Source of the DNA: Phoronis australis
Taxonomy: Eukaryota > Animalia > Phoronida
Direction of reading: 5' to 3'
Length of the DNA stretch: 64,000 nt
Assembly: GCA_002633005.1 (NCBI GenBank)
Contig: NMRA01000421.1
Location: forward strand, 262,171-326,170
The notes under the pieces are model-generated. The model ran no database searches and had not been told where the DNA came from. It was given only the letters and a program-made list of their open reading frames with translations. Positions 26,401-38,473 of the stretch are shown piece after piece; positions within the stretch are counted from its first letter, which is position 1, and the number at the start of each line of letters is the position of its first letter. Position numbers and translations under genes: made by a program.

Positions 26401-27078
26401 TATTTTGACTACAGTCCCCTTTTAAGGATTCTGATAAGCCCAGCCAGGAATGATTCCCTTTTCGCATAGTTTTGGTTTGTTGACGATTTTGAGCTGGATT
26501 GCAGAGCTGTTACTTGCCAGATGATGACTCGGTTATTTGGAGGAAGCATGTTATTCTGAGGAAAGTTTTTTTTTCTAAAACCTTTTGGTTTCATTAAGTA
26601 AGGTTTTTTGCTATTGTAAATGTGTCATAATTAATATTTATTCTTATTTTGTCTTCGTGAATTTACATCAGTTTATTCAAGATTTAACTACAGTTTCCTG
26701 GGGACCGTTTAAAAGTGGACAAATATATTTTGTGGGTGACGAATTCCAATATACGCTTACCTGACATTTCTCACTATGTTTTTAATAGTGTGGATCAATG
26801 GGTAGCACCAATATGTTTGTCAAGTTATGCTCTGCTCGCTCTCAACCTGGCTTTTACACATACAAATTTCAATTTCAGTCACCAGAGTAAGATCACAAGG
26901 TCATGTGACAATGTCATTTAGTGTTGTGATGAAGGATTTGAAAAAGTTGGGATACGACGTTACTCCCTCGGATGTCGCAAACTTAACGGTTCCAGGAGTG
27001 AACGGGTTGGCTGGCTCCATACAACCAGTGACATTAGCATCAACAAGTGATACACAGGCAGATGAAACCGAGTCATAG
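14423..27078 (+). CDS. B9D1: B9 domain-containing protein 1 (MKS ciliary transition-zone module), 6 exons, 222 aa
   Basis: Exons 14423-14482, 20876-20944, 21824-21935, 22614-22710, 24306-24436, 26879-27078 (669 nt, in frame). [39 protein letters not shown]...[13 protein letters not shown]...[39 protein letters not shown]...[11 protein letters not shown]...[27 protein letters not shown] matches B9D1. Confidence 0.97.
15113..17911. mobile_element. ~2.4-2.8 kb non-autonomous hAT-like DNA transposon with 5-bp TSD (TATGT) in B9D1 intron 1
   Basis: 11-bp perfect TIR CAGGGCTCGAC/GTCGAGCCCTG; subterminal repeats GGTCGCA/TGCGACC at both ends; TATGT on both flanks; CpG-rich interior; no transposase ORF seen. 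Confidence 0.85.
16558..17353. repeat. ~400-bp direct duplication either side of a single N (16969)
   Basis: 16558-16968 vs 16970-17353 nearly identical; the second copy lacks 27 bp. Probable contig-join/haplotype artefact. Confidence 0.85.
19088..19163 (-). mobile_element. Decayed, inverted fragment of the right end of the 15113-17911 element
   Basis: CAGGGCTCAAATTAATGAGCTGCATGTCACATTTGCGACCTGAAATTTG aligns with the reverse complement of ~17835-17911. Confidence 0.75.
19165..20150 (-). mobile_element. 5'-truncated non-LTR retrotransposon (RNase H + C-terminal Cys/His motif; I/LOA/R1-type), frameshifted
   Basis: ORF 19743-20150 has RNase H motif [19 protein letters not shown] and LTGH; continues after a frameshift as CPECG...[11 protein letters not shown] (19562-19765); minus-strand AATAAA near 19170. 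Confidence 0.85.
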
Positions 27079-28424
27079 CCATTTTGGTGCTACGTGTGGG
27101 TTTTGTTCCCTCACGTATCCAAAGCAACTCAAGGAAGAACTACAGTGTCATGATCATAGAACAACTCCATACTGTTAACTTAAGAATAATGACAACACTG
27201 CTGCCCTCTCTAGTCTGGTAGTGTGTTTGGCCAGCATCAAGTATACTAGTGAATTAGTCTTGTTCATCTTAACTGAAGCTTTGTTCTGTCTAACAGTAGT
27301 ATAAGCCAAAAGTATTCAGACAAAGTGGTCCATAATTCACTGTCTGAGTAGTCTCCCCTGATGACGGAGAATGAAAGGGATGAAAAGGAAATTTGAAAAA
27401 TTTGCTCAGCCATTTTTTAATTAGCTTTTTGTCCCTGTAACAGTGATTACCAGTCTTTTTGCTGTTGACAGAATTACTTGTCATGACGGTATTTACTTTT
27501 GCCGTGTACTGTACCTTTGCTGTTCCAATCAAGTTGATAAGGAAAATCCCAGAAACTAAGTCACAGATATCCACTGAACGTTCAGATGTAAAGACGCTAT
27601 ATGTCTTGGAACATTAATAACGTTTGGTTGAAACTGGCATACGACAATCTCTGACATTTCCTGAAATATTTTAAAGGGTACCGGTGGATCTCTCATGATC
27701 AAGACAGATCTCGTCTTATGTTCTAGGTTACATGTCCTGTGTAGTAGGATTAGTTTCTTTTTGTGTTCAATTAATACTGGTCAGGCTCACAGTTTCAATC
27801 TGGGAGAGGGTCAAGATGGGTCAAGGTTTGAGGCCTGAATGCGGTCAATTTTTCTTACATTGGCATTGGTACTTGTAAGTTGTATGGAAAAAAGTACTTA
27901 GAGACAAACATAATTTACTGAAAAATAATATTTTGTCAGGTGTTTATTGCATTACTGCAAATATTCAATAACTTCAACAAATGAAATTATATGTAATGAC
28001 AGCTCTACTGTATAAAAAGTAAAATAGAAGTTCCTGCAAAGTAATTTGTGTTGGGAACTTGAATTAAAAATGTACTTGTCTTCTATCTTGTGTCCCTAGT
28101 TGAAGATTTGTAGTCTTTCCTAGTCTGCCTTCAGTGTTATCAGTTTCATTTTGATTGAAATTAGTAGGTTTGTGTCCAAAGTGACCAAAAATTCAGTTGT
28201 AATATCTAATTGGTTTTTAAAGGAATGAACATATCTTGTATCCGTCCCTCCATTGTGTACATATTTAACAAATCTTATTTATTATTACAGTGTCAGATTT
28301 TGACTCGCTGTATTCGAGTTGTAATTTTTGTACATAATGTAAATAGGCATTGTAATATATATTCTTGCGCTTATGTAGGTTTTAAATGGTAAAATACATG
28401 AAAAGTATATGAATGAATTTATTT

Positions 28425-29508
28425 TTATGTGCCCACATATTTATGTGCCGTCATCTCTGTCTGCGGCTGTCTGTGTTAAACCCCCTGCAGGATCTTACTG
28501 AAATTTGGCAGGTGTGTTCCTATGGGGTTGACGACAGAGGGCGATGAGTTTCGGATCGACCCGATTACCGCTGTGTCCCCTAGGGGCAATTTTATTTTTT
28601 TTACATTTGCCTCTGTATCTTAAAAGGTCTTCAACCGATTTTCATGAAATTTTGCACATTGGCATCTATTAATGAGGTGACGCTATCCTCCCGTTTTCGG
28701 ATGACTTTGAAGCATTTTGCGCCATCTAGTGGCCATTTTTACCATTTTCGAGTCCATTTTTTGGCGTCTGCCCCTCTATCAAACAAACCACTCTAAGAAT
28801 GATTATGAAAAATGACATGTATGTTCTTACTATGAAGATGAGGGTTGATGATGATTTTTTGACGACTTCAACTACAGATTTGCATAAAATATGGCACATT
28901 GGCATCTGTTAATGAGATGATGCTATCCTCCCATTTTCGGATGTATTCGAGGTATTTTGCGCCACCTAGTGGCCATTTTTATTGTTTTCAAGTCTGTTTT
29001 TTGGCGTCCGTCCCTCCGTCAACCAAACCACTCTCAGGATGAAAATTGTCATGTATGTTCTTACCATGAAGAGGATGATTGGCAATGATTTTCCGACGAC
29101 TTCGACTACTGTGGCGCCTCCAAATGGCAGTTTTTTTTTGCGCCCATACATGTATCTCCTAAGCCCTCTGCAGTATCTTCAATAAATTTAGTATGTGTAT
29201 TTAGTATATGAAGTTAGCAACGGAAGACAAGGACTTTCAGAGGCGGATCCAACGAAAACTGTGCCTAGTGGCAATGTCATTTTTTCCATTTGCTCTCTTT
29301 CTCTGAAGTTCCTATAGGGAGTTTCATGCAATGTGGTAAATAGCTCTGTTGAAAAAACGATGCGTTTTCCCTTTTTTTTGGTGGATTCGAAGCATTTTGT
29401 TCAATCCAGTGGCTGTTTTTATGATAGGGCCTACAAATAAACACCTTAGGAGAACACTATTTACAGTGCATTCGTGGGCGCATTTTACCGCTCCGCGTTG
29501 CTCTCGTT
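28425..29508 (+). mobile_element. HINE/Helentron-type element (copy 2, both ends visible)
   Basis: Inserted in a T-run; subterminal inverted repeats ATGTGCCCAC (28427) / GTGGGCGCAT (29474); CTGT-like microsatellite near the 5' end; tandem monomers; absent at the paralogous position (~41370). Confidence 0.8.
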
Positions 29509-30415
29509 ACCTTTCTTGAGCTTTAGTGTGCGTTTCGTATACCACGTTTCTTGTGAGAAAAGCGAGACCAGGCAAAGCACGTTTCTTCATGCGCTATAGC
29601 AAGACATAGACAGAGCACATTTCCTTGATACCGAACTTTATGTGACCTTTGACATTTGACGTTAACAAAAGCGATGGCAAAGTCAAGCAGCAGCTCGATT
29701 AAGAGGCAATTTTGATGTTTAAAATTCGTTATAAACGTGTCCTGAAATTCAAATATAAAGTGCACTTGCTTCACTGGCTAACCTCGTACGGTGGTGTGGA
29801 ACTCAAATTCGCAATGCAATCACACGTGATAGTCTGCTTAATATCCTTCTTGTCAGTCAGCTGTTTGTTGAATGAGTGTGGCCGCAAGCGCAATTATCAT
29901 AAGTGGGGGAAGATTAGCAACTCTCTACACAGTTTTTACTTGGCGCATTTCAAAACTGATTTTTTGTGGAAAGTCCCTCACAGGGGAGAACGGATAATTC
30001 TGTAGCAGACATTGCGAGACGGTACTTTCGTTAGCTTTCGCGTCCCATCCTCTTTAAACAAAATAAAGGTTATTGTAATTAACAAAATGATTTGCCACCT
30101 GCAATGAAGTTCTTATATTTTACGCAACAACGCATACCAAAAATTTATTTTTGCGTGAATTATTTTCATTTTTAGATTACACTTTGTCATTAGTATCGGT
30201 AAAGCTGACAGTAATCGAGCGATTCGTGAAAGCAATTTTCAGTCTTGGAATGTTAACCTTTCCACATGAAAACCAATGCCCAATACAGCTAACTAAATGT
30301 CAGAGTTTCTGAAACAGTAAACCTGTCTTAACTGCGCGAATGACCTTCAAAACAAAAGTGGGTGTTGTCTCAAGTAAAGATCGGCGTTGACGTCACAAAC
30401 AAGTGGTTCGTTTTT

Positions 30416-33400
30416 TCATGGATCTTCTAAGTCAAAGTTTTCTTGGCACGGTGGCGTTTTGTGAGCAGCTCCGGAAGCGTTATCGGGCAAACCGCTTGAG
30501 GAGGCAGTCTGTTGAAGGTGTGCCGGTGCACCCTCGTGGGAATCCACTTGGACGGGTTTAATGTGACACTTTGTGAACACTGCCTTGAATAAAGTTCCTG
30601 AAAAAATAAACAAACGTGATGGGTTTACGGCATCAAAGTGGGCTTGAATTATTTTAGAAGAAACGAAATGCTAGAATTAGTGTGATTTACTACAATGATT
30701 GATTTACACTCTTACATTTTTTTGCATGTTGAATTTGACTTTATATTTGGCGTTTACGCATTCATACAATCGAAATAAGCCATGCGATTATATTTATTAA
30801 TACATGTGGGATCACAGATGGGACATGTGAAATTGTTTCAGTAATTTTTGTTGGCGTTCCAAATACGCTTTTATGACTTTTATTTTTATGTTGCAAGTAA
30901 CCATTAATGTAATTCCTGATGGGCTGGATGCTTCATTTTTACAAATGTAATTCAAAAGTATGGTGTTGCATAAAAATACAACATTAGTAAATTAAGTTCC
31001 TGAAAACAGTTACCACTTCGAAACTCGATCGCACTTTCGTAAAACTTTGTGTTTGCTCTTCAACTGACTTTTACTACGACAGTAAATTTGTATTTCATAA
31101 ACTTCAATATTTCGGCATATGTCGCTGCGTATCGCCAACAAATAACTGAGTAATAATGCAATTTCTTTGCGTTCAGACCAACTTTGGTTGTAATGTCGGC
31201 CAGAAAGGTGACGAGTGATGGTATCCTGTGCTTGTAAAACAACAATGCTATGAGGCCCTTCGGTGACTCAAAACGAAAGTCTTAATCAAAATAAGAAAAT
31301 ATTAAGATCACAACTGGAAGGATAATTATTTCTATTATAGCTTTCAACTGGGTGACGACAGCTTTGATGAAATATGTGGGCGAGGATGATATAAGACTTT
31401 TTACTGATATTAAAAAAATCCAATTCATGGGTTAAAAGGGATTTTACAAGTTTTGCGTTGCGTAGACGCAAGAAGTTCTCGAAAACGCAAGATAACGGGT
31501 CTTAGTGAGATAGAGCCATGTATTACAGTGTTCAAGCATATTACGTAATCACACTAGCTTTTCTCGTGATTATCTTGATTCATGTAACACAGCCCAGCTA
31601 GATTGCTTTATTTTTATGGGTACTACGCGGAAGGCGATATTAAGAAAACAATATAAACAACCTTCCTTTCGTCCTGCTTTAAAATCGTCGTTTAACAATG
31701 TTTATAGACTTTAATTCGCAAAAGTATAAACACAAAAAAGATATCAAAAATCTTTGGTGTTACACAAAACGACCACTGGCCCCTTTGTGACGTCATTCAA
31801 TGTAATGTCCTATAACTGACATTTGGTAAGTACTTTCGGGGAGACGCTATATCATTTCCTTAAACTTGCGTATATCACTATTTAGTTTGCTTCTTCGGTC
31901 TACAAAAGGCCAAATTTCAATGCCAAATACGATACACAGGCCCAATATGTATACATATACAATCGTTGGTATATTAACCAGAAGTTCCTAATACTTGTAA
32001 CTGCCGTACTTGGTGATACGGGCAATGGTTACTTTAATTTTTCTAAAGAAATGTACCGTAGAAGAAACCGATGCATTCTGCATCTTATTAAAAATAATTT
32101 CACATAAACCTACGTAACTATAATATTCAAACCGAGCGTGAATGAGTGTGACAGACAGTGTATGAAAGTCCTTTCTCTTCCCCCTTTGAATTTATTTTGC
32201 ATTATGGATGATATTGTGATTTATAATGTAAATGGGGTCGCCTTTATCCAGGAATCATCATGAATATGGTTTCTGAGTGAATGAACTCATTGCAACCTCA
32301 CATGTTCTGGGGTCGGTTGGTTGGCTCAATGCATAATGAAGAATACTCACTGTAATTTCTACTTCCCAGACCGTAAATGAATGGATTCACGCAGCTGGAA
32401 AACGCCGACAGTATCCTGGCAGCAGTTGAGAGGTTTATGAAGTTGACGATTTCACTCACCTCTGGCATACGTGGTCGCCTACCTTCAGCAAAGGCCTTTG
32501 CAAACTTGAATGAATGAAAACAGTAAGAAGTTGCATTCGTAACCACAAAGTGAAAATTTCACTTCACCACACAATATTTCTAAAATCACAAATTACAAAT
32601 TCATCAATTTTAGAAGGCATTGGCTAAACCCTCGATCCTTGAGCGAGACTGTTGTCAGGAACAACATGGTAAATTGAGCTTACACTTTTATGGACATGAC
32701 AGAAGTAATTAATATTAATATCATAAAAAGTAAACAATATCATCATAACAAATCAATATGAACATTAGGATACTTAAGATTATGTAGAACCGTGCAAATA
32801 AGCCTCTACAATTAGTCAAAGATCTACAAATCCTCTGAATGTAGAAAACGTGAAGAATTTGATTTTCATTTCATGCCAATTTTCCATTTATTGGGTCACG
32901 TGTTTATGTATTTTTAAGGACATTTTGCAAAAACAAGGGTACACGTATAGCACTGAGAACAACGGGATCAGTAACTTGACCAAATTTCTCTTGATAAATG
33001 TTGCAGTTCTACAATGAGTTTTTATATTTCATTCCCTTTTCGATCATTATATGTAACTTAACCCATTGGCGTAAAGCACCCATGTTAAGCAACTATTATG
33101 CTGATTACAACATCCATGTGAAACATCTACTTATGCTGATTACAACACTCATGTGAAACATCTACTTACGCTGATTACAACACCCATGTGAACCATCTAC
33201 TTACGCTGATTACAACATCAATGCGAAACATCTACTTACGCTGATTACAACACCCATGTGAAGCATCTACTTACGCTGATTACAACATCCATGTGAAACA
33301 TCTACTTACGCTGATTACAACACCCATGTGAAGCATCTACTTACGCCGATTACAACACCCATGTGAAGCATCTACTTGTGCTAATTACAACACCCATGTG

Positions 33401-36400
33401 AAGCATCTACTTGTGCCGATTACAATACCCATGTGAAGCATCTACTTATGTTGATTACAACTTCCATGTGAAATATCTACTAATGCTGATTACACCCAGT
33501 GAATCCTCTACAATAAATGAAGTCCAAAGCCGATTTTATTAAAATGTCGTCACTTTACGACGTTTTTAGGCAGACTACTCAGATAAAGGAAACATACGCC
33601 TACTTTGATTCCCCTCATGTGTATTATCTTAATGATATTTGGCCCTGATCGATTATCTCCACAAACACGCGAGTATTTTCAGTTGACTGAAACATGACTT
33701 TGTTGGGCATCAATATCAAAGAATTCTTTGAGATTCGTTTCAGTTTTTTACCTTGCTCATACATCCTTCATTCTCGATTCAAAATACTTCGCGCCAAACT
33801 GTATTTTGAGTGAATTCACTACATGTTATTTGGTAGCTGTTGTTAAGCCGACTCGGAGTTGCGCCTGTCTCGTCACCTGGGGACTGATTATGATCTACTT
33901 CAACCAGCAAAACATTCGCCATAATTTTACAAGTGGTCGTAAAGTCTCTGTTTAAATATTTAGACTAATTCCAAAGCACCTAAACTTCCGAACGCCGCGT
34001 ACAACTCGGGCGTATTCTCACACTAATTGACCTATCGCCAGGCTTATGACTGACGGTTTAATAAACCAATCAGAACGCAGCATTCTCGACACACCTTCGT
34101 CTGTGTTTCCAAGCCGCCATTTTACCCGACAAACAATGTCGTTGTCGGCTGGATACAGCTTATTTTAGTCTACAGCTAAAAAATTGTGCGATAAGAATGG
34201 TGAAACGGTGTTGATATGGGGTGTGCAAGTCTAACAGCCGTTATGCAGCTCGAGAACAACACTCCATTCATTTCTTGGGCATTCCCTAAGCCGAAAACTG
34301 TTGTCGACTGAGACGATGGATCAAACTGTGTCGACGGCCACACGACACACGAGCAGCTAAACTTAACAATGATGCTGGTTTACTCGAAGGTTAAACACAA
34401 ATATATTTGTTCCAAGATACGTACTTTTCAAATTGGAGATGACTATGCTGTAGGCCTGTCTGATTTTGACTCCGGAGTTTCACTCGTGTGGGAGCCCCTG
34501 TCTCGGCATCTGCTGGATCCCAGCACTTAGTGTCTAGCGGCAGTCCCCCGAAAAGTTGTTTTTAAAATGACATTTTTATTATTTTTCATTTATTTCGATC
34601 TATAATGGATATTGTTCTGTTTCGTAGCACAGGTACATTTTTGTTATTCATATACGCAGTAGGCTGACGTTCAACTGAACTTCTCTCCAAAATTGATACA
34701 TTCGATCGGCACGTGCTGGGAGGGCAATAGATTACTGAACACAAAGCCTCGTTCGAGCTGTTGTCACGAAAAAATAAACAGTTGAATTATTTTTGATCAG
34801 AACCTCTAGTATACACTGCGCCTGTAGAGTTAAGGAGAGTTAACTTTGTAGTTGATCAAACACGATACGTGGATTTGTGAAGCTTTAAAAAACAATTTTA
34901 GTTATTTTTGTAAATGGCCACTTTTTGTCACTACACCAGACTTGTCGTCTTTTGTTACCATACCACAGCTTACGTTTAGAATTAAATGCAAACTACCTTT
35001 ATGCAATGAAACTACAAAAAATATGAAGCTCATCAGAAGGTTGGCTCAACTTAAATGTCTTTATGGTGCGCTGAATTACGGCCAATTCCATTCGTTAATT
35101 TTACTTTTGGACACAGCCCTAGACCTACCGGAGCTAACTGCTTACCTAGGATAAGATGAGTATGTACCTGAGCTACGAACCTGATTTTTGAATCAAAATA
35201 TTTCGCTCGAAGATTAGAAAAGTATAAACAGTGCTATCGACTAGATCTACTTGGAGAATACAATCAGTTGTGACCTACTTTCCATTTGGCGGAATATAGC
35301 AGACGACAGAATAAAAATATCGGCGAATCTTCACTGATTTTGTTCGAAATATTCTGAAATATATGGCATCGTACAGATACTTCGACTTTAAGGTAAATAC
35401 CCAGCTTTACATGAACATATCGGATCAGTGGCCTTGTCAGTTTTTTTAGTGAAGATGAACCCGTGTGGGGTTCTTCGGATTTTCGCTGGCTCCGCCGAAA
35501 TACTTTTCCTCGAACACTCATTTCTTCATCGTCGCAGCTTTACAAATTTATTCAATTCTCGTTGACCACGTTTCGCGTGTACCTCTATGAACGGCCGTAA
35601 AATTACGAGCGTTATTAGTGATGAAAATTAATTATTGCAGTGTAAATTAATTATTTGCGGCGTAAATTAACTTTAATTTACGTGCGTAACTTACTCACGT
35701 AAATAATTCATTTACGCCGTAAATTAATTCTTTTCTCGTCCAATAACCGTCGATTTCACAGACGCAAACACTCTACATTAACTTTCGAAAACAAGAACAC
35801 GGCAGAGACAGAGGGCATCCCTAATAGAATGGCACAAATTGTGGTTAAGAGAGAGGACACAGTGCGACCATCGGCTACTTTTCAACAAGCGTGTGTTGAC
35901 AAATCATTAACAAATCTTCATGTTGCCATACTGCTTTCCCTTTGTTATCATTACGATGATTGGCCGAGGTTAGGAATTAATTTACTGCATACGGTAATTA
36001 TTTGCGGCGTAACTTAAGGGCGTAAAGTAATTATTTGCGGCGTAACTTAACGGCGTAAAGTAATTATTTGCGACGTAAATTTACGGCGATATACTTTGCG
36101 CCCAACTTTCGATTATTCGTTTTCAAACATAACCAACCAAAGCAAAGCAAGCGCTCATGCATGTATACCTACCTTGTGGTTAGAACACAGCGGGCTATTA
36201 AAGTCATTTTGTGCAAGTTGGTTGTCCTGATACATGATCCCGCAAAGACGAGTAGGCCCATTAAGAGTACTGGTAATTTTTCCAATGAAACTAGATGACA
36301 TTCACCGTATGTATACAGTGAAAGAAAAGCTATTTTGCCATTTTCAAAAATTCAACTAATTTACTGTAAAATTGAAACAGCAATGAAACCAGCAGCTCGA

Positions 36401-38445
36401 TCAACTAGTTTGGTGATGTGACTCGTGAGCGGTGAAGTGGCATTGCGGACAAGTAATAGGCCTACTGCACGGGAGCAGGATTGGATCCGTCAGCAAGCAC
36501 AGCAATGTATCCGCAATATGGAAAAAGTGGCCCGGAGGGGGATATGCATCCATGTCAAGGCAATAGAGTATGCGAGACGGAAGAATTTTGTGCACAAGCC
36601 TTACCCAGCATTGACTCTAGAAATCGTGAGATATCATCAATATATTCATTTCGGGCTTCCTAAATATGATTTTTGAAATTGAACAAAGCTGTGCTTTGAA
36701 TGCCGGACTGAATGCCATCACTTTTATTTGACATAAAGTCTTCAATGAACCTGTCAACGCCAAAAAGCACCCGACGCATGTTTCCCTGTTCGGAAATGTT
36801 TTCCAAAATCAGTCGCCCTTCTCACTATCCCTAAACATGAGAATCCTTTGATTCTTGGGTCTCCAAGTGCTCCTTTGCGATGAAGACATATAGTTTCTCA
36901 TGAAAAGGAATATTATGTGCATCTTACATGCGCGCACCCAGGGGGGCTCGGGGCGAGCCCGGTCTGCCTCTGAGAAACAAAAACTCCGAAAATAGTAGAA
37001 AGCGAAACACAAGTCCACTTAACAGGCAGGAACTACCAAGATTTGACGAATGCACAATTCATAGCTCTGAACGTACCCCGTGAATCTTAGTAAAAGGTCC
37101 ACAATCTCAAAAATGCAAGCCCCTCCCCCATTTATAGGCTGGGTGCGCGCATGTCTTACATGATGTACTGATCTTGGAAGGGTTGGCCAATCCCGCTATT
37201 AAAATGGCATTTTAACCATCTACTCGCTGAAGCCTCGGTCAGTCTGGGCTCGAAAACTTTCATCTGTCATGAAACTTGAGAGGTATTTGTTTGGTAAGTG
37301 AACTTCAGTGGTACGGTGTTTTTTTATATGGTGAACACTGATGTTGACCAGACTGTCTCATCAACTTCTTAGGGGTGGCTTACCTAAGCGACAGGCTAAT
37401 CCCACTTAGCGAAGTTGGTGAGGTTTCTCGCCACCTGAGACTTTTAAAAATACAAATCGCCGTTTTGCTACAAGTCAACTAGCTTTTCTTCGTCGGCATC
37501 TATAGAAACGTACAGTGGGTGACTTCATCTGGAGAACATCAGCTATTTTCGTAGCCTCAAATTCAGTTCCCTTGAAGCTACAATAATAACCGAAGTCAAT
37601 GAGATGTAGGCTCCTCCTCTGTAGGGCCGCATCTCGCCTGCAGAGCCAAACCTAAGGTGGTCGGCGTAACGGTTGCTACTCACCTCTTCTTGCTTGTACA
37701 GTGACATAAACTCGACCACCTGGTATGGCACCCAACATACCACGAAGACCACCGTGACCACCAGTACCAGAATGGCTACTCTGTTGGCTGACGGTCGCCC
37801 ACCGGAAACACGTTCCAACGGCTCGATTGACGACATCATATGGCGCAACATACAGATGTAGAAGATGGCTATCACCAAGAAAGGAAGCAAGAACCCCAAG
37901 GTGAACTGAAACCACGTCCAAAATCTGAAGTATTTTAGTCTGCTCTCCAACGGCCATGACACTCCACAGTTCGACTTCGAGCTGTAGACGGTGACTCTCC
38001 CAAATATCCAAAATGGCGTCGCAATCAGAAGACTTGAAATCCAAATCACAACGCAGGTTACAATAGCTTTGGTCCTTTTCTGATACTTTAAATATTTTGT
38101 CGGATAAGATATAGCGATGAATCTGTCAACGCTAAGTGCAACCATGCTAAAAATACTGGTAAATTTATTCATTTCGGACATGACCAGCATGAACTTGCAA
38201 AAGAAGGACCCGAACTTCCATGTTTCTGATACCGTAGTGTGCGTTTTAAACGGCAAAGTAAATAGATAGGCCACGTCAGCGAGCGATAAAGACACAAATA
38301 AAATATTGGAAACTGTCCTCATGTGCGAATGACACACAACAACAAGAATAACAAACGCGTTTCCCAAAATCCCGATAGCGAAAACCAATGACTGCGCAAC
38401 GATAACTGTTGTATCGAGGTAACTGAAATCCGGTAAGCTGGCCAT
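30416..38445 (-). CDS. Class A peptide GPCR, somatostatin/allatostatin-C/galanin-receptor-like, paralog A (3 exons, 365 aa)
   Basis: Exons 38445-37684, 32504-32351, 30597-30416. Motifs GILGN (TM1), SLSLAD (TM2), WKFG..FCK, FTSIF..ALSVDRF, CWVPY (TM6), SCVNPFIY (TM7). The exon-2 acceptor is AAG; an alternative 9 nt downstream is possible. Confidence 0.9.
33096..33495. repeat. 35-bp minisatellite, ~11.5 copies, in GPCR-A intron 1
   Basis: Unit ~TTACGCTGATTACAACACCCATGTGAAGCATCTAC repeating every 35 bp from 33096; no spacers. Confidence 0.95.
34197..34416 (+). pseudogene. Decayed THAP zinc-finger exon, probably from a DNA transposon
   Basis: MVKRC*YGVCKSNSRY...IHF(fs)FPKPK...RRWIKLCRRPH...HKYICSK: THAP-type C-x4-C...FP...W...C pattern with a stop and frameshifts, in a CpG-rich block absent from paralog B. 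Confidence 0.6.
35590..36090. repeat. Clusters of short repeats (AATTATTTGCGGCGTAA / TTTACGCCGTAAATT)
   Basis: Several direct and inverted copies at 35590-35750 and 35990-36090; likely subterminal repeats of a DNA element. Confidence 0.5.
36927..37153. mobile_element. MITE with TIR CATGCGCGCACCCAG and 5-bp TSD (TCTTA)
   Basis: 15-bp perfect TIR; TCTTA on both flanks; absent at the homologous intron position in paralog B (~45205). Confidence 0.85.
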
Positions 38446-38473
38446 CGTCGTTTAATTCAACCATAAAGTCTAT

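Noticed and set aside
27350-27395. Hammerhead ribozyme-like CTGATGA...GAAA
   Set aside because: Stem II cannot pair and no compatible stem I/III with a cleavage triplet was found.
33096-33495. CRISPR-like array (35-bp periodicity)
   Set aside because: Units are contiguous with no unique spacers, there are no cas genes, the context is a eukaryotic intron, and the progenitor unit is visible in the paralog.
37543-37683. C-terminal tails of the 300-aa and 285-aa GPCR ORFs (apparent 6-TM receptors)
   Set aside because: Read-through past the GTGAGT donor; TM7 and the tail are in downstream exons, and the tails are not conserved between paralogs.
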